DNA of 64,000 nt from the NCBI GenBank assembly GCA_963789945.1, contig CAWBMN010000007.1, positions 283,178-347,177 on the forward strand, in the 5' to 3' direction. The notes under the pieces are model-generated. The model was not told the DNA's origin and did not search any database. It saw only the letters and a list, made by a program, of their open reading frames with translations. This document shows, piece by piece, positions 18,359 to 27,903 of the stretch. The stretch comes from an uncultured beta proteobacterium (GTDB lineage Bacteria > Pseudomonadota > Gammaproteobacteria > Burkholderiales > JACQAP01). Made by a program: the position numbers and the translations under genes. Each line of letters begins with the position of its first letter. Position 1 is the first letter of the stretch.

Positions 18359-18481
18359 CTTGCTGACTACAGCTAACCTAAGTTGTAGTTCCGGCACGCT
18401 CTGCGAGCTTAACCTGACCGCCATCCGCGATCAGGTTAGCCTTCTCTGCAATCGTGTGCTGCTAGAGCAGCACAAGATTGT
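18359..18481. repeat. Copy B of the ~125-bp direct repeat, overlapping the true proB stop
   Basis: It is offset 188 bp from copy A. It includes the last ~7 proB codons (HRDNLVLL and stop) within the hairpin GTGCTGC-TAGA-GCAGCAC. Confidence 0.85.
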
Positions 18482-19580
18482 CTCGGTGGATCAGTTCCGG
18501 TTCATCGACGTAGCCCAGCCGTGCTTCGATCTCGCTGCTGGGCGACTTGAGGATGCGTCGGGTTTCCGCCGAGCCGTAGTTCACCAGCCCGCGGGCGATT
18601 TCGTTGCCTTGCGGATCAAGGCAGCTCACCACTTCCCCCCGTTCGAATTCCCCGGCGAGCTCGTATACGCCGATCGGCAGCAGGCTCTTGCCGTCCACCT
18701 TCAGTGCCCGAACCGCACCGTCGTCGAGCGTGAGCTTGCCGCGCACCTGCAGATGATCGGCCAGCCATTGCTTGCGGGCGGCAAGGGTCATGGTATCGGC
18801 GATCAACTGGGTGCCGATCGGCTCGCCCCCCGCGAGTCGTATCAGAACGTCCGGCTCCCGCCCCGAAACGATGATGGTGGCGGCGCCACTGCGGGCGGCG
18901 CGCCGGGCCGCAAGCACCTTGGTAAGCATGCCGCCGCTGCCGAGATGGCTGCCCACTCCGCCCGCCATTTTTTCCAGGCCGGGATCGTCGGCCCGGCCTT
19001 CGCTGATCAATTCCGCGTCTTTGTGGATGCGGGGATCCCTGGTGTACAGGCCGGACTGGTCGGTGAGGATCACCAGGGCATCGGCCTCGATGAGATTGGT
19101 CACCAGCGCTGCCAGGGTGTCGTTGTCGCCGAAGCGGATCTCGTCGGTCGCTACGGTGTCGTTCTCGTTGATGATCGGGATGACGTTGAGCTCGAGCAGC
19201 GTGCGCAGCGTCGAGCGCGCGTTCAGATAGCGCTTGCGGTGAGACAGGTCCTCGTGAGTGAGCAGGACCTGTGCAGTATGCATGCCGTGCTTGCGGAAGC
19301 ACGACTCGTAGGCTTCGACCAGTCCCATCTGCCCTACTGCAGCGGCGGCCTGCTGTTCGTGCAACGCATGCGGGCGGCGCTTCCATCCAAGGCGCTTCAT
19401 GCCTTCGGCGACTGCGCCACTGGAGACCAGCACGATCTGCTTCCGGCGATGCCTGAGTTCCGCAATCTGCTCCGCCCAGCGCGCAAGCGCCGCGTGGTCC
19501 AGCCCCTGGCCTTCATTGGTGACCAGGCTGCTGCCGACCTTGATGACCAGGCGTTGTGCTTCGGCGACGACGGATTTCAT
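18462..19580 (-). CDS. proB: Glutamate 5-kinase
   Basis: 372 aa. It contains [12 protein letters not shown], an amino-acid kinase core and a C-terminal PUA-like region. It sits in the conserved position after obg. Confidence 0.95.
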   Translation of the reverse strand: MKSVVAEAQRLVIKVGSSLVTNEGQGLDHAALARWAEQIAELRHRRKQIVLVSSGAVAEGMKRLGWKRRPHALHEQQAAAAVGQMGLVEAYESCFRKHGMHTAQVLLTHEDLSHRKRYLNARSTLRTLLELNVIPIINENDTVATDEIRFGDNDTLAALVTNLIEADALVILTDQSGLYTRDPRIHKDAELISEGRADDPGLEKMAGGVGSHLGSGGMLTKVLAARRAARSGAATIIVSGREPDVLIRLAGGEPIGTQLIADTMTLAARKQWLADHLQVRGKLTLDDGAVRALKVDGKSLLPIGVYELAGEFERGEVVSCLDPQGNEIARGLVNYGSAETRRILKSPSSEIEARLGYVDEPELIHRDNLVLL

Positions 19581-19607
19581 GAGGTGACCGCGGCGGTCCT
19601 GGCCATG

Positions 19608-20669
19608 TTATTCGGTGTCTACTGCCGTTTCCGCCGGCTCGACGCGAGCATGGTGCTGGAGATGCTCCATGATGGCGTAGGTCAGCGCGCGGCATCCCTC
19701 TCCGGTGAGCGCCGAGATAATAAAGCTTTTTTCGGGGGCGGCTGCTGCGCGCGTGTATTCGGACAGAAAAGACCGGACTTTTTCCTCGCGATCTTCCGGC
19801 GCTATCAGGTCGGCCTTGTTGAGAACCAGCCAGCGCGGCTTGCGATAGAGCGAGTCGTCGTACTTGCGCAGTTCCTCGACAATTGCGCACGCGTCGTGCA
19901 CCGGATCGGCACCTTCGTCGAGCGGCGCCAGGTCCACCAGGTGCAGCAACAGGCGGGTGCGCTGCAGGTGGCGCAGGAACTGATGGCCGAGCCCGGCGCC
20001 TTCGGCCGCGCCTTCGATCAACCCGGGGATGTCGGCGATCACGAAACTGCGATTTTCGTCCACTCGCACCACGCCCAGGTTCGGGTGCAAGGTCGTGAAC
20101 GGATAGTCGGCGACTTTGGGACGCGCGGCCGAAACCGAGCGGATGAAGGTGGACTTGCCGGCGTTCGGCTGACCGAGCAATCCGACGTCGGCGAGCACCT
20201 TGAGTTCGAGCTTCAGATTTCGGCTTTCGCCCGGCCCTCCCGGGGTGCATTGGCGCGGCGCGCGGTTGGTGCTCGATTTGAAGTGGATGTTGCCGAGCCC
20301 TCCCTGGCCGCCCTTGACGAGCACGGCGGTCTGTCCGTCGGCGGCCAGATCGGCGATAACTTCACCGGTTGCGAGGTCGCTGATGACGGTGCCGACCGGC
20401 ACCTGCAGAGTGATGTCCTCGGCCGCCTTGCCGTAGCAGTCCGAACCCTGGCCTTTCCCGCCGTTGCGGGCACGATGGATGCGCGCGTAGCGGTATTCCA
20501 CCAGCGTATTGATGTTGCGGTCGGCAACCGCATGGATGCTGCCGCCACGGCCGCCGTCGCCGCCGTCCGGCCCGCCGCGCGGAATGAACTTCTCGCGCCT
20601 GAACGAGGCGATGCCATCCCCGCCCTTGCCGGCGTGGACTTCGATGGTGGCTTCGTCTACGAATTTCAT
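19608..20669 (-). CDS. obg: GTPase Obg/CgtA
   Basis: [45 protein letters not shown] is the glycine-rich Obg fold. G1 motif: GQPNAGKST. Confidence 0.96.
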   Translation of the reverse strand: MKFVDEATIEVHAGKGGDGIASFRREKFIPRGGPDGGDGGRGGSIHAVADRNINTLVEYRYARIHRARNGGKGQGSDCYGKAAEDITLQVPVGTVISDLATGEVIADLAADGQTAVLVKGGQGGLGNIHFKSSTNRAPRQCTPGGPGESRNLKLELKVLADVGLLGQPNAGKSTFIRSVSAARPKVADYPFTTLHPNLGVVRVDENRSFVIADIPGLIEGAAEGAGLGHQFLRHLQRTRLLLHLVDLAPLDEGADPVHDACAIVEELRKYDDSLYRKPRWLVLNKADLIAPEDREEKVRSFLSEYTRAAAAPEKSFIISALTGEGCRALTYAIMEHLQHHARVEPAETAVDTE

Positions 20670-20684
20670 ATGAAGAACAGTTTA

Positions 20685-20857
20685 GCCACAGAGGGCACAG
20701 AGAACACAGAGAAGAGGAAAAACAAAAAATACCAGTAGAAGGGAAAAATTCCTGGTCGCACAACCGAGACCACGTCAAACAGCCGGCGGAGATATCCGCA
20801 GTTATTGCGCGGTTTGCACGTTGGTTTTCCTCTGTGATCTCTGTGTCCTCTGTGGCC
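20685..20857. repeat. Foldback element E4 (CACAGAG units, 9-nt period)
   Basis: Left arm: GCCACAGAGGGCACAGAGAACACAGAGAAGAGGAAAAAC. Right arm: GTTTTCCTCTGTGATCTCTGTGTCCTCTGTGGC. Spacer about 111 bp. It lies between the rpmA terminator and the obg start. Confidence 0.92.
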
Positions 20858-20862
20858 AAGTA

Positions 20863-20898
20863 AGAAACAAAAAAGCCCTACCGGTTCCGATAGGGCTT
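20863..20898 (-). terminator. Rho-independent terminator after rpmA
   Basis: On the minus strand: AAGCCCTA-TCGGAACCGG-TAGGGCTT followed by TTTTTGTT. Confidence 0.75.
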
Positions 20899-20918
20899 CT
20901 TGCCAAAGGCGGGAAACC

Positions 20919-21176
20919 TTACGCCGGCGTGACGCTCACGACTTTCCTGTTGTCCGGGCCCTTCACCGCGAAGGTCACTTTTCCGTCGATCTTGGCAAAC
21001 AGGGTGTGATCCTTGCCCATGCCGACATTCTCTCCGGCGTGGACCTGGGTTCCGCGCTGACGCACGATGATGCTGCCTGCCGGGATGACCTCGCCTCCGT
21101 AGCGCTTGACGCCCAGGCGTTTGGATTGTGAATCGCGGCCGTTGCGTGAGCTGCCGCCCGCTTTTTTATGTGCCAT
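20919..21176 (-). CDS. rpmA: 50S ribosomal protein L27
   Basis: [24 protein letters not shown]..., 85 aa. Confidence 0.97.
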   Translation of the reverse strand: MAHKKAGGSSRNGRDSQSKRLGVKRYGGEVIPAGSIIVRQRGTQVHAGENVGMGKDHTLFAKIDGKVTFAVKGPDNRKVVSVTPA

Positions 21177-21188
21177 TTGCTCTGCTCC

Positions 21189-21500
21189 TTAGCCCGAGAT
21201 CTCGCCGATCTGGATCTCGGTGTAGTTCTGCCGGTGGCCGCCGCTCTTGCGATAGTGCTTGCGGCGGCGCATCTTGAAGATGTGCACCTTGTCGGCGCGG
21301 CCGTGCGCAACAACCGTTGCCTGCACTGTTGCGCCGGCCACCAGGGGTGCCCCGATCGAGACCTTGTCGCCATCGGCGACCATCAATACCTGGTCCAGGG
21401 TAATCTGGCTGCCAACATCTGCAGGTATCTGTTCTACCTTGATTTTTTCGCCGGACGAGACACGGTACTGCTTGCCCCCGGTTTTTATGACCGCATACAT
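21189..21500 (-). CDS. rplU: 50S ribosomal protein L21
   Basis: [14 protein letters not shown]..., 103 aa, immediately upstream of rpmA. Confidence 0.97.
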   Translation of the reverse strand: MYAVIKTGGKQYRVSSGEKIKVEQIPADVGSQITLDQVLMVADGDKVSIGAPLVAGATVQATVVAHGRADKVHIFKMRRRKHYRKSGGHRQNYTEIQIGEISG

Positions 21501-21536
21501 GATGGAGCCCTTGATACGCTTTGAGGAAAGCCGCGC

Positions 21537-21565
21537 ATACTACATAAAAAGAGTGGCTTAGTAAA
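21537..21565 (-). promoter_or_regulatory. Candidate sigma-70 promoter for rplU-rpmA
   Basis: On the minus strand: TTTACT, a 17-nt spacer, then TAGTAT, about 35 nt upstream of the rplU ATG. Confidence 0.35.
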
Positions 21566-21698
21566 GGCGCCGGGCGGATCGAGGGAGGCGGATTGCGCTC
21601 AGGCCGCACTCTATGCAGGGGCGATCGAAACCTTGACACCGGAGCTTTGCGCTTCCTACCATCGCGCACTTTTTAATTCGCATTCCCAAGCCTGCAAC

Positions 21699-22667
21699 GT
21701 GACGCCCCACCTAATCAACGAAGTCATCGCCGCGGATCTGCGGGCGGTGGACGAGGTCATCCGTGACCGGCTCGATTCCGACGTCGTGCTGGTACGCCAG
21801 GTCGCGGACTACATCATCGGCGGCGGGGGCAAGCGACTGCGGCCCACGCTGGTCATCCTCGCGGCAGGCGCCTGCGGATATACCGGCCGGCACCATCTTC
21901 AGCTGGCCGCGGTGGTCGAGTTCATCCATACCGCCACGCTGCTTCACGACGACGTCGTCGACGACTCGCAGATGCGCCGCGGACGCTCCACCGCCAATTC
22001 CGCCTTCGGCGACGCTGCCGCCGTGCTGGTCGGTGATTTTCTTTACTCGCGCGCCTTTCAGATGATGGTGCAGGTGCAGAACATGCGCGTGATGGAGGTT
22101 CTCGCCGATGCTACCAATACCATTGCCGAGGGCGAGGTGATGCAGCTAATGCACGTTCACAACGCCGACGTCACCGAGACGGACTATTTGCGCGTCATCC
22201 GCTCGAAAACCGCCAAGCTGTTCGAGGCCGCCGGCCGCCTGGGTGGCATCCTCGCCGGCGTACCGCGCACGCAGGAAGATGCGCTGGCGGAGTATGGCAT
22301 GCACCTGGGCACGGCATTCCAGCTGGTGGACGACATTCTCGACTATTCGGGCGATCTCGCGCAGACCGGGAAGAATCTGGGCGATGACCTGTCCGAGGGC
22401 AAGGCCACGCTGCCGCTCATTCGTGCCATGCGCAACGGCGGCGCCGAGCAGAGCGCACTCATCCGCAAGGCCATTGTCGAGGGCGGGCTGAGCGATTTCG
22501 GGCCGGTGATGCAGGCGATGGAGGAGACGGGGGCGCTCGAGTACACGCGCAAGCAGGCGGAAGATTCGGCGCAACGGGCGCGTGCAGTCATTGCCGGCCT
22601 TCCACATTCTAAATACAAGGATTGTTTGCTAGAATTAGCGGCCTTTGCGGTGACCCGCAATTACTGA
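21699..22667 (+). CDS. ispB: Octaprenyl-diphosphate synthase (all-trans polyprenyl diphosphate synthase)
   Basis: It has two aspartate-rich motifs, LLHDDVVDD and LVDDILDY. I prefer the start at GTG 21699, because the TTG at 21633 is part of a TTGACA-18-TACCAT promoter-like site. The start is uncertain. Confidence 0.88.
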   Translation: MTPHLINEVIAADLRAVDEVIRDRLDSDVVLVRQVADYIIGGGGKRLRPTLVILAAGACGYTGRHHLQLAAVVEFIHTATLLHDDVVDDSQMRRGRSTANSAFGDAAAVLVGDFLYSRAFQMMVQVQNMRVMEVLADATNTIAEGEVMQLMHVHNADVTETDYLRVIRSKTAKLFEAAGRLGGILAGVPRTQEDALAEYGMHLGTAFQLVDDILDYSGDLAQTGKNLGDDLSEGKATLPLIRAMRNGGAEQSALIRKAIVEGGLSDFGPVMQAMEETGALEYTRKQAEDSAQRARAVIAGLPHSKYKDCLLELAAFAVTRNY

Positions 22668-22688
22668 AGCGTTAACGAGACTCACCGT

Positions 22689-22766
<78 letters not shown>

Positions 22767-22793
22767 TGCACATCACTCCACTTCGGAGCCCGC

Positions 22794-23033
22794 GTGGCCA
22801 AGTTTCTCCTAGTCATCGCCGTCTTCATCGTGGTGTATCTGTTCCTGCGCAGCTATCGCAGGCGCGTCGAAGCGGCTCCGCCGCCGGCGGCCGCGGCGAA
22901 GCATGGGGAGGACATGGTGCGCTGCCGGATCTGCGGCGTGCACCTGCCGAAGAGCGAAGCCGTCACCTCTCGCGGCGAGATCTATTGCAGCAAGGAACAT
23001 CTCCAGCTGGCCGACCGGGAACGCGGCCGCTGA
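22794..23033 (+). CDS. PP0621-family small zinc-ribbon membrane protein
   Basis: 79 aa. An N-terminal TM helix is followed by RCRICGVHLPKSEAV...GEIYCSKEH. It sits in the conserved position upstream of pilS/pilR-type genes. Confidence 0.65.
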   Translation: MAKFLLVIAVFIVVYLFLRSYRRRVEAAPPPAAAAKHGEDMVRCRICGVHLPKSEAVTSRGEIYCSKEHLQLADRERGR

Positions 23034-23052
23034 CCCGCGCGTGCCCGCGCCG

Positions 23053-24666
23053 ATGAGCAGCGTCCTGTCCCTCTCCGAGCTTCCGTCGGTCGAGCGCCGC
23101 CAGTATGGCGACGCGTTCTGGCGTTCGCTGTTCTATTTCAATGTCTATCGCCTGGTCGTCGCAATTGCGCTGATGGCGGCAGTGGTGGTTTTCGGCGACA
23201 ACATTCCCTTCGGCTCCTACAGCCGCACGACCTTCCTGTACGCGAACATCGCGTACGTCCTGTTCAGCCTGTTGTCGTTTGCGGCGGTCATTCCGCGCAA
23301 GCCGTATTTCACCCTGCAGCTTACGGTGCAGATCTGCGCCGACATCCTGTTTATCGTGGTGTTGATGCACGCGAGCGGCGGTATCGGCAGCGGCCTGGGG
23401 CTGCTGTTGCTCGCATCGCTGGCGGCGGTCGGCCTGATCAGCCGCGGGCGCCTGACGCTTTTTTTCGCGGCGCTGGCAACGATTGCCGTGCTAGCCGAGC
23501 ACACCTACCAAGTGGTGTTCCTGTTCGGATCGACGCCCCAGTTCGCGCAGGCCGGCCTGTTGTGCATCGGATTCTTCGCCACCGGCTGGCTTGCGCACTC
23601 GCTTGCCAAGCGTGCCGTGGCAATCGAGGCGATTGTGGCGCAGCGCGAAGTGGATCTTGCCAACATGGCGCAGGTCAACCAGCTGGTGATCCAGGACATG
23701 CAGGACGGGGTGCTGGTGGTGGACGAGCATGGGGCCATTCGCCAGATCAACGGCCGCGCCGAAGCCATACTGGGACCATTGCGGCGCAGCCCGCGCGAGG
23801 TGCTGCTCAGCGACTATGCGCCTACGCTGGCCGCGCGGCTGGAGCAGTGGCGCCGCGATCCGAAAGCTGATTTCGAGCCGCTGCGCACCGTGCTCACCCA
23901 CAAACCCACCGCTGCCCGATTTGTGCCGGTAGGGATCAGCCGCAAAGTGGGCGTGGTGATCTTCCTCGAAGACCTGTCGCGCATCCAGCAGCAGGCGCAG
24001 CAGTTGAAGCTGGCGTCGCTGGGCCGGCTGACCGCCAATATCGCCCACGAGATCAGGAACCCCCTGTCGGCGATCAACCATGCCACCGAGTTGCTGCTCG
24101 AGGATTCGGGATTTCACGGCCAATCGCAGGCACGGATGCTGCAGATCATTCACGACAACACGCAGCGGCTGGACCGGATGGTGCAGGACGTTCTCAAGCT
24201 GAACCGGCGCGATCAGGCCACGCGCGAGCATTTCAAGCTGGGCGACTACCTTCGCACCTTCGTTTCCCAGTTTTCCGAGATCGAGAAGATCCCCGGCGAC
24301 ATCATTCTCATCGACATCGAGGGCGACCCGACCGTGGGCTTCGATCGCAGCCACCTCAATCAGGTGATGTGGAACCTTTGCAGGAATGCCCTTCGCTACT
24401 GCAGGAGACAACCCGGCAGCATTCTGTTGCGCGTGCGGCCTGGTCCGCGACAGGGTACGATAGGGCTGAGTGTCATTGACGACGGAACCGGCGTGGCGGA
24501 GGCGTTGCGCGGGCATCTGTTCGAGCCGTTCTTCACCACGGCCTCCAGCGGCACCGGTCTCGGGCTCTACATTGCCCGGGAGATCTGTGAAGCAAATGGC
24601 GCCACGCTGGAATATGTGGAACGTCCGGTCGGCGCGGAGTTCACCCTGATCTGTAGAGGAACATGA
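23053..24666 (+). CDS. pilS: PilS-like sensor histidine kinase
   Basis: Start at ATG 23053 (MSSVLSL). It has about six N-terminal TM helices, the H-box LTANIAHEIRNPLSAI and the ATPase G-boxes DDGTGV and GTGLGL. Confidence 0.78.
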   Translation: MSSVLSLSELPSVERRQYGDAFWRSLFYFNVYRLVVAIALMAAVVVFGDNIPFGSYSRTTFLYANIAYVLFSLLSFAAVIPRKPYFTLQLTVQICADILFIVVLMHASGGIGSGLGLLLLASLAAVGLISRGRLTLFFAALATIAVLAEHTYQVVFLFGSTPQFAQAGLLCIGFFATGWLAHSLAKRAVAIEAIVAQREVDLANMAQVNQLVIQDMQDGVLVVDEHGAIRQINGRAEAILGPLRRSPREVLLSDYAPTLAARLEQWRRDPKADFEPLRTVLTHKPTAARFVPVGISRKVGVVIFLEDLSRIQQQAQQLKLASLGRLTANIAHEIRNPLSAINHATELLLEDSGFHGQSQARMLQIIHDNTQRLDRMVQDVLKLNRRDQATREHFKLGDYLRTFVSQFSEIEKIPGDIILIDIEGDPTVGFDRSHLNQVMWNLCRNALRYCRRQPGSILLRVRPGPRQGTIGLSVIDDGTGVAEALRGHLFEPFFTTASSGTGLGLYIAREICEANGATLEYVERPVGAEFTLICRGT

Positions 24667-26033
24667 GCGTGAAACGCAAGGAGCAGACGGCGGGCGCCAA
24701 CGCCCGCTCAGTGCTCATCGTCGACGACGAGGAAGACATCCTTGAGCTCATCGAGCTTACCCTGCTGCGCATGGGCCTGGACGTCGACCGCGCCACCAAC
24801 GTCAAGTCGGCGATCGAGAAGGTCCAGTCCGGCAACTACGACCTTTGCCTGACGGACATGCGGCTTCCGGACGGCGAAGGCCTGGAGCTGGTGCAGTTCA
24901 TCTCCGACAATCTTTCCGACCTGCCGGTCGCGGTGATAACCGCCCACGGCAATACCGAGAACGCCGTCAAGGCGCTCAAGGCCGGCGCCTTCGATTACCT
25001 GGCCAAGCCGGTGTCGCTGGAACAGTTGCGCACCCTGGTCAAATCCGCGTTGTCGCTGCCGCAAGTATCTGCCGCCAAGGCCGCGACCGGACATGCGCTG
25101 CTGGGCGAGTCGGGCGCGATCCAGCAGGTGCGCGACTTGATCGAGAAGCTGGCGCGCAGCGAAGCGCCGGTGCACATCAGCGGCGAGTCCGGCAGCGGCA
25201 AGGAACTTGCGGCGCGGCTCATCCACGAGAAAAGCGCGCGCCGCAGCCAGCCCTTCATGCCCGTCAACTGCGGCGCAATCCCCGAGAACCTGATGGAGTC
25301 CGAATTCTTCGGTTATCGCAAGGGCGCGTTTACCGGCGCGGACGCCGACCGCGACGGTTTCTTCCAGGCCGCCAACGGCGGCACGTTGTTTCTCGACGAG
25401 GTGGCCGACCTGCCGCTGGCGATGCAGGTGAAACTCCTGCGCGCAATACAGGAAAAGAAAGTGCGCAAGGTGGGTTCCACCCAGGAAGAACCGGTGGATG
25501 TGCGTATCATCAGTGCCACCCACCAGAAACTCGGCGAATGCGTGGAGGCGGGGAAGTTCCGGCACGATCTCTATTACCGGCTTAACGTCATCGAATTGCG
25601 CATGCCGGCGCTGCGGGAGTTGCGCGAGGACATTCCGCAGTTCGTCAGCGCGCTGCTCGACAAGCTGGCCCGCAATGCCGGGACAAGGAAGCCGGAAGTG
25701 AGCAGCGAGGCGCTGGAGGAACTCAAGCGCTACGACTTCCCCGGCAACGTGCGTGAACTGGAAAACGTGCTCGAACGCGCGATGGCGTTGTGCAGCGACG
25801 CCAGGATCACCGCCGACGACCTGCAACTCACCCCGCGCGACCTGCCTGAACAGGCCGTCGCCATCGGCGGCGACAGCAAGGCGCCGCTGCAGGACTATCT
25901 CGACCGGGTCGAAAAGGAAGCCATTCTCGAGGCGCTGGAGAAAACCCGTTTCAACCGTACCGCCGCGGCCAAGCTCCTCGGCATCACCTTCCGCTCCATG
26001 CGCTACAGAATGGAACGGCTTGGTCTGAACTAG
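24663..26033 (+). CDS. pilR: Sigma-54-dependent response regulator (PilR/NtrC family)
   Basis: It has a receiver domain (LIVDDEEDI...DLCLTDMRLPDG), an AAA+ domain (GESGSGKE, GAFTGA) and a C-terminal HTH (AAKLLGITFRSMRYRM). It overlaps the pilS stop by 4 nt. Confidence 0.85.
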   Translation: MSVKRKEQTAGANARSVLIVDDEEDILELIELTLLRMGLDVDRATNVKSAIEKVQSGNYDLCLTDMRLPDGEGLELVQFISDNLSDLPVAVITAHGNTENAVKALKAGAFDYLAKPVSLEQLRTLVKSALSLPQVSAAKAATGHALLGESGAIQQVRDLIEKLARSEAPVHISGESGSGKELAARLIHEKSARRSQPFMPVNCGAIPENLMESEFFGYRKGAFTGADADRDGFFQAANGGTLFLDEVADLPLAMQVKLLRAIQEKKVRKVGSTQEEPVDVRIISATHQKLGECVEAGKFRHDLYYRLNVIELRMPALRELREDIPQFVSALLDKLARNAGTRKPEVSSEALEELKRYDFPGNVRELENVLERAMALCSDARITADDLQLTPRDLPEQAVAIGGDSKAPLQDYLDRVEKEAILEALEKTRFNRTAAAKLLGITFRSMRYRMERLGLN

Positions 26034-26617
26034 TGAGGCCGGCGGCGGGAGGCGGGAAGCCGGCGAATTCCTGGAAGTTTGATCCTTCCGGCCTGCTTTC
26101 CGCGGCGGCATTCGTGCCTTCGCCGAACTGCGATGACAGGCCGGCCGGCGCGATCGTCGAGCTCCTGGTGATTCACAACATCAGCCTGCCGCCTGGCGAG
26201 TTCGGCGGCCCCGGCATCGTCGAGCTGTTCACAAACCGGCTCGACCCGCGGGCCCACCCGTACTATCGCGAAATCCACGGCCAAAAGGTCTCCAGCCACT
26301 TTCTGATACGCCGCGATGGCGAACTGATCCAGTTCGTTCCTTGCATCCGGCGCGCCTGGCATGCCGGGCAGTCCGAGTGGTGCGGCCGCGGCCGCTGCAA
26401 CGATTTTTCGGTTGGCGTTGAACTCGAAGGCGTGGACGATCAGCCGTTCACCGATTCCCAGTACGCGGTACTTGCGGCCCTGGCGCGGGCGCTCAAACGC
26501 GCCTACCCGATCCAGGAGTGCGTTGGCCATTCCGATATCGCCACCCCGCCCGGCCGCAAGACCGACCCGGGACCGCATTTCGACTGGGCTCCGCTTCCGA
26601 GCGATGCTCGAAAGTAG
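26033..26617 (+). CDS. ampD: 1,6-anhydro-N-acetylmuramyl-L-alanine amidase
   Basis: 194 aa. It contains LLVIHNISLPPGEFGG, SSHFLIRRDGELIQFV and AWHAGQS, typical of AmpD. Confidence 0.85.
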   Translation: MRPAAGGGKPANSWKFDPSGLLSAAAFVPSPNCDDRPAGAIVELLVIHNISLPPGEFGGPGIVELFTNRLDPRAHPYYREIHGQKVSSHFLIRRDGELIQFVPCIRRAWHAGQSEWCGRGRCNDFSVGVELEGVDDQPFTDSQYAVLAALARALKRAYPIQECVGHSDIATPPGRKTDPGPHFDWAPLPSDARK

Positions 26618-26628
26618 TAATTAGCGTT

Positions 26629-26706
26629 TAGTGGCTCGTGGCTAGTAAATTTGCCGGTCGTCCCCCGATTTCTTACCAACCACTAGCCACCAACCACCAG
26701 CCACTG
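26629..26706. repeat. Foldback element E5 (GTGGCTN / NAGCCAC heptamers)
   Basis: Left arm: GTGGCTC-GTGGCTA-GT. Spacer 26 bp. Right arm: CAACCAC-TAGCCAC-CAACCAC-CAGCCAC. It fills the ampD-HDAC gap and ends 5 nt before GTG 26712. Confidence 0.85.
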
Positions 26707-26711
26707 TCGTT

Positions 26712-27653
26712 GTGAAGATCTTCTACACCGACCACTACGTGCTGCCGCTTCCCGAGGGGTACCGGTTCCCGATGGCGAAGTACCGGCTTCTGCGTAAACG
26801 GGTTGAGGAAGCCGGCCTCGCAAATGGGGCAGGGCTGCACGAGCCACACGCAGCGACGGACGAGGAGATCCTGCGCGCGCACGATCGCGATTACCTGGAG
26901 CGGGTCGTGAGCGGCCGGTTGTCTGCGCAGGAGTTGCGCCGGATCGGCTTTCCCTGGACACCGCAAATGGTAGAGCGCTCGCGCCGTTCCGCCGGCGCCA
27001 CCATCGAGGCCTGCCGCGCTGCACTCGCCGACGGAGTCGGCGTAAATCTTGCCGGCGGCACTCATCATGCTTTCCGGGACCACGGCGAGGGCTATTGCGT
27101 TTTCAACGATTGCGCCGTAGCAGCATTGGCGATGCAGGCCGAAGGCCGCGCGCTGCGGGTCGCGATCCTCGACTGCGACGTGCATCAGGGCAACGGCACC
27201 GCCGCGATTCTGGCCGATGACCCGACCGTGTACACCTTCTCGATCCACGCCGCGAAAAATTTTCCGTTCCGCAAAGAGGTGAGCGACCTTGACATCGAAC
27301 TGCCGGACGGCGCCGGCGATTCCGACTACCTTGCCGCACTGGAACAAGGCATCTGCCACGCACTCTCGGCTGCACAGCCGGACCTGGCGATCTATCTTGC
27401 CGGCGCCGATCCTTACGAGGGCGACCGGCTCGGGCGGCTTGCGTTGACCAAAGAGGGTCTGCGGAAGCGCGACCGCAAGGTATTCGAGTTGTGCCGGGCG
27501 GCTTCGGTGTCGGTGGCCGTGGTGATGGCCGGCGGCTATTCCACTGACATTGCCGATACAGTGGACATCCACTTCTCCACCGTTGAAATCGCCGCAAGCA
27601 TCCCGCGCGCGTCGCAACATCCGGTTTTTTTCTCCGCAGTGCCGCAAATGTGA
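26712..27653 (+). CDS. Histone deacetylase-family amidohydrolase
   Basis: 313 aa with a GTG start. It contains GGTHHAFRDHGEGYCVFND and DCDVHQGNGT, the HDAC metal/active-site segments. Confidence 0.85.
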   Translation: MKIFYTDHYVLPLPEGYRFPMAKYRLLRKRVEEAGLANGAGLHEPHAATDEEILRAHDRDYLERVVSGRLSAQELRRIGFPWTPQMVERSRRSAGATIEACRAALADGVGVNLAGGTHHAFRDHGEGYCVFNDCAVAALAMQAEGRALRVAILDCDVHQGNGTAAILADDPTVYTFSIHAAKNFPFRKEVSDLDIELPDGAGDSDYLAALEQGICHALSAAQPDLAIYLAGADPYEGDRLGRLALTKEGLRKRDRKVFELCRAASVSVAVVMAGGYSTDIADTVDIHFSTVEIAASIPRASQHPVFFSAVPQM

Positions 27654-27756
27654 TGCCGATACAGCGTCGCAGCGATGCGTCGCTGCCGCGTTTCGTCACT
27701 TCGCATGCACTTCAATTGCGCAACCGAGCATTCTATTTTTCAAATGTAAAAATTTC

Positions 27757-27784
27757 TTGACAGGAGGTGTGGTACTACTAGAAT
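27757..27784 (+). promoter_or_regulatory. Candidate sigma-70 promoter of nrdA
   Basis: TTGACA (27757-27762), a 16-nt spacer, then TAGAAT (27779-27784), in an AT-rich patch upstream of nrdA. Confidence 0.55.
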
Positions 27785-27806
27785 TAGTCATGTCGGTATG
27801 GCCGAT

Positions 27807-27822
27807 GCACAACATATAGTGG
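27807..27822. promoter_or_regulatory. Candidate NrdR box
   Basis: GCACAACATATAGTGG matches 13 of 16 positions of the NrdR consensus acaCwAtATaTwGtgt as I remember it. It lies just downstream of the putative -10. I could not find a convincing second box. Confidence 0.45.
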
Positions 27823-27903
27823 TATTCAGAGAATGTGGTGGTTTCAGACAAATGCTCTTCCGGTTGTAGCTTCCAGGCGACAAGAATGTTCGAAGGAGAA
27901 AAA

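Noticed and set aside
18360-20738. A 792-aa plus-strand ORF opposite proB and obg. Similar long antisense ORFs lie at 1373-2761, 24708-26111, 30782-32026, 40855-41826, 52392-53876 and 53880-54863.
   Set aside because: All lie antisense to genes with unmistakable homology (proB/obg, coxL-like, pilR, nrdB, mprF, SBP, permease). Their products are Arg/Ala/Gly/His-rich and low in complexity, which is the usual stop-codon-poor antisense artefact of high-GC DNA.
22903-23052. The longer pilS ORF start at 22903, and similar long N-terminal extensions of other ORF-track entries: 10191, 13552, 27835, 36831, 41877, 43935, 48120, 50287, 52146 and 59492.
   Set aside because: The extensions overlap upstream genes or repeat elements and are compositionally atypical. 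Internal starts with RBS-like sequences give family-typical N-termini.
27773-27791. A second NrdR box upstream of the candidate at 27807-27822.
   Set aside because: Sequences at the expected ~31-nt spacing (for example TACTAGAATTAGTCAT) match the consensus at only 4-5 of 16 positions.
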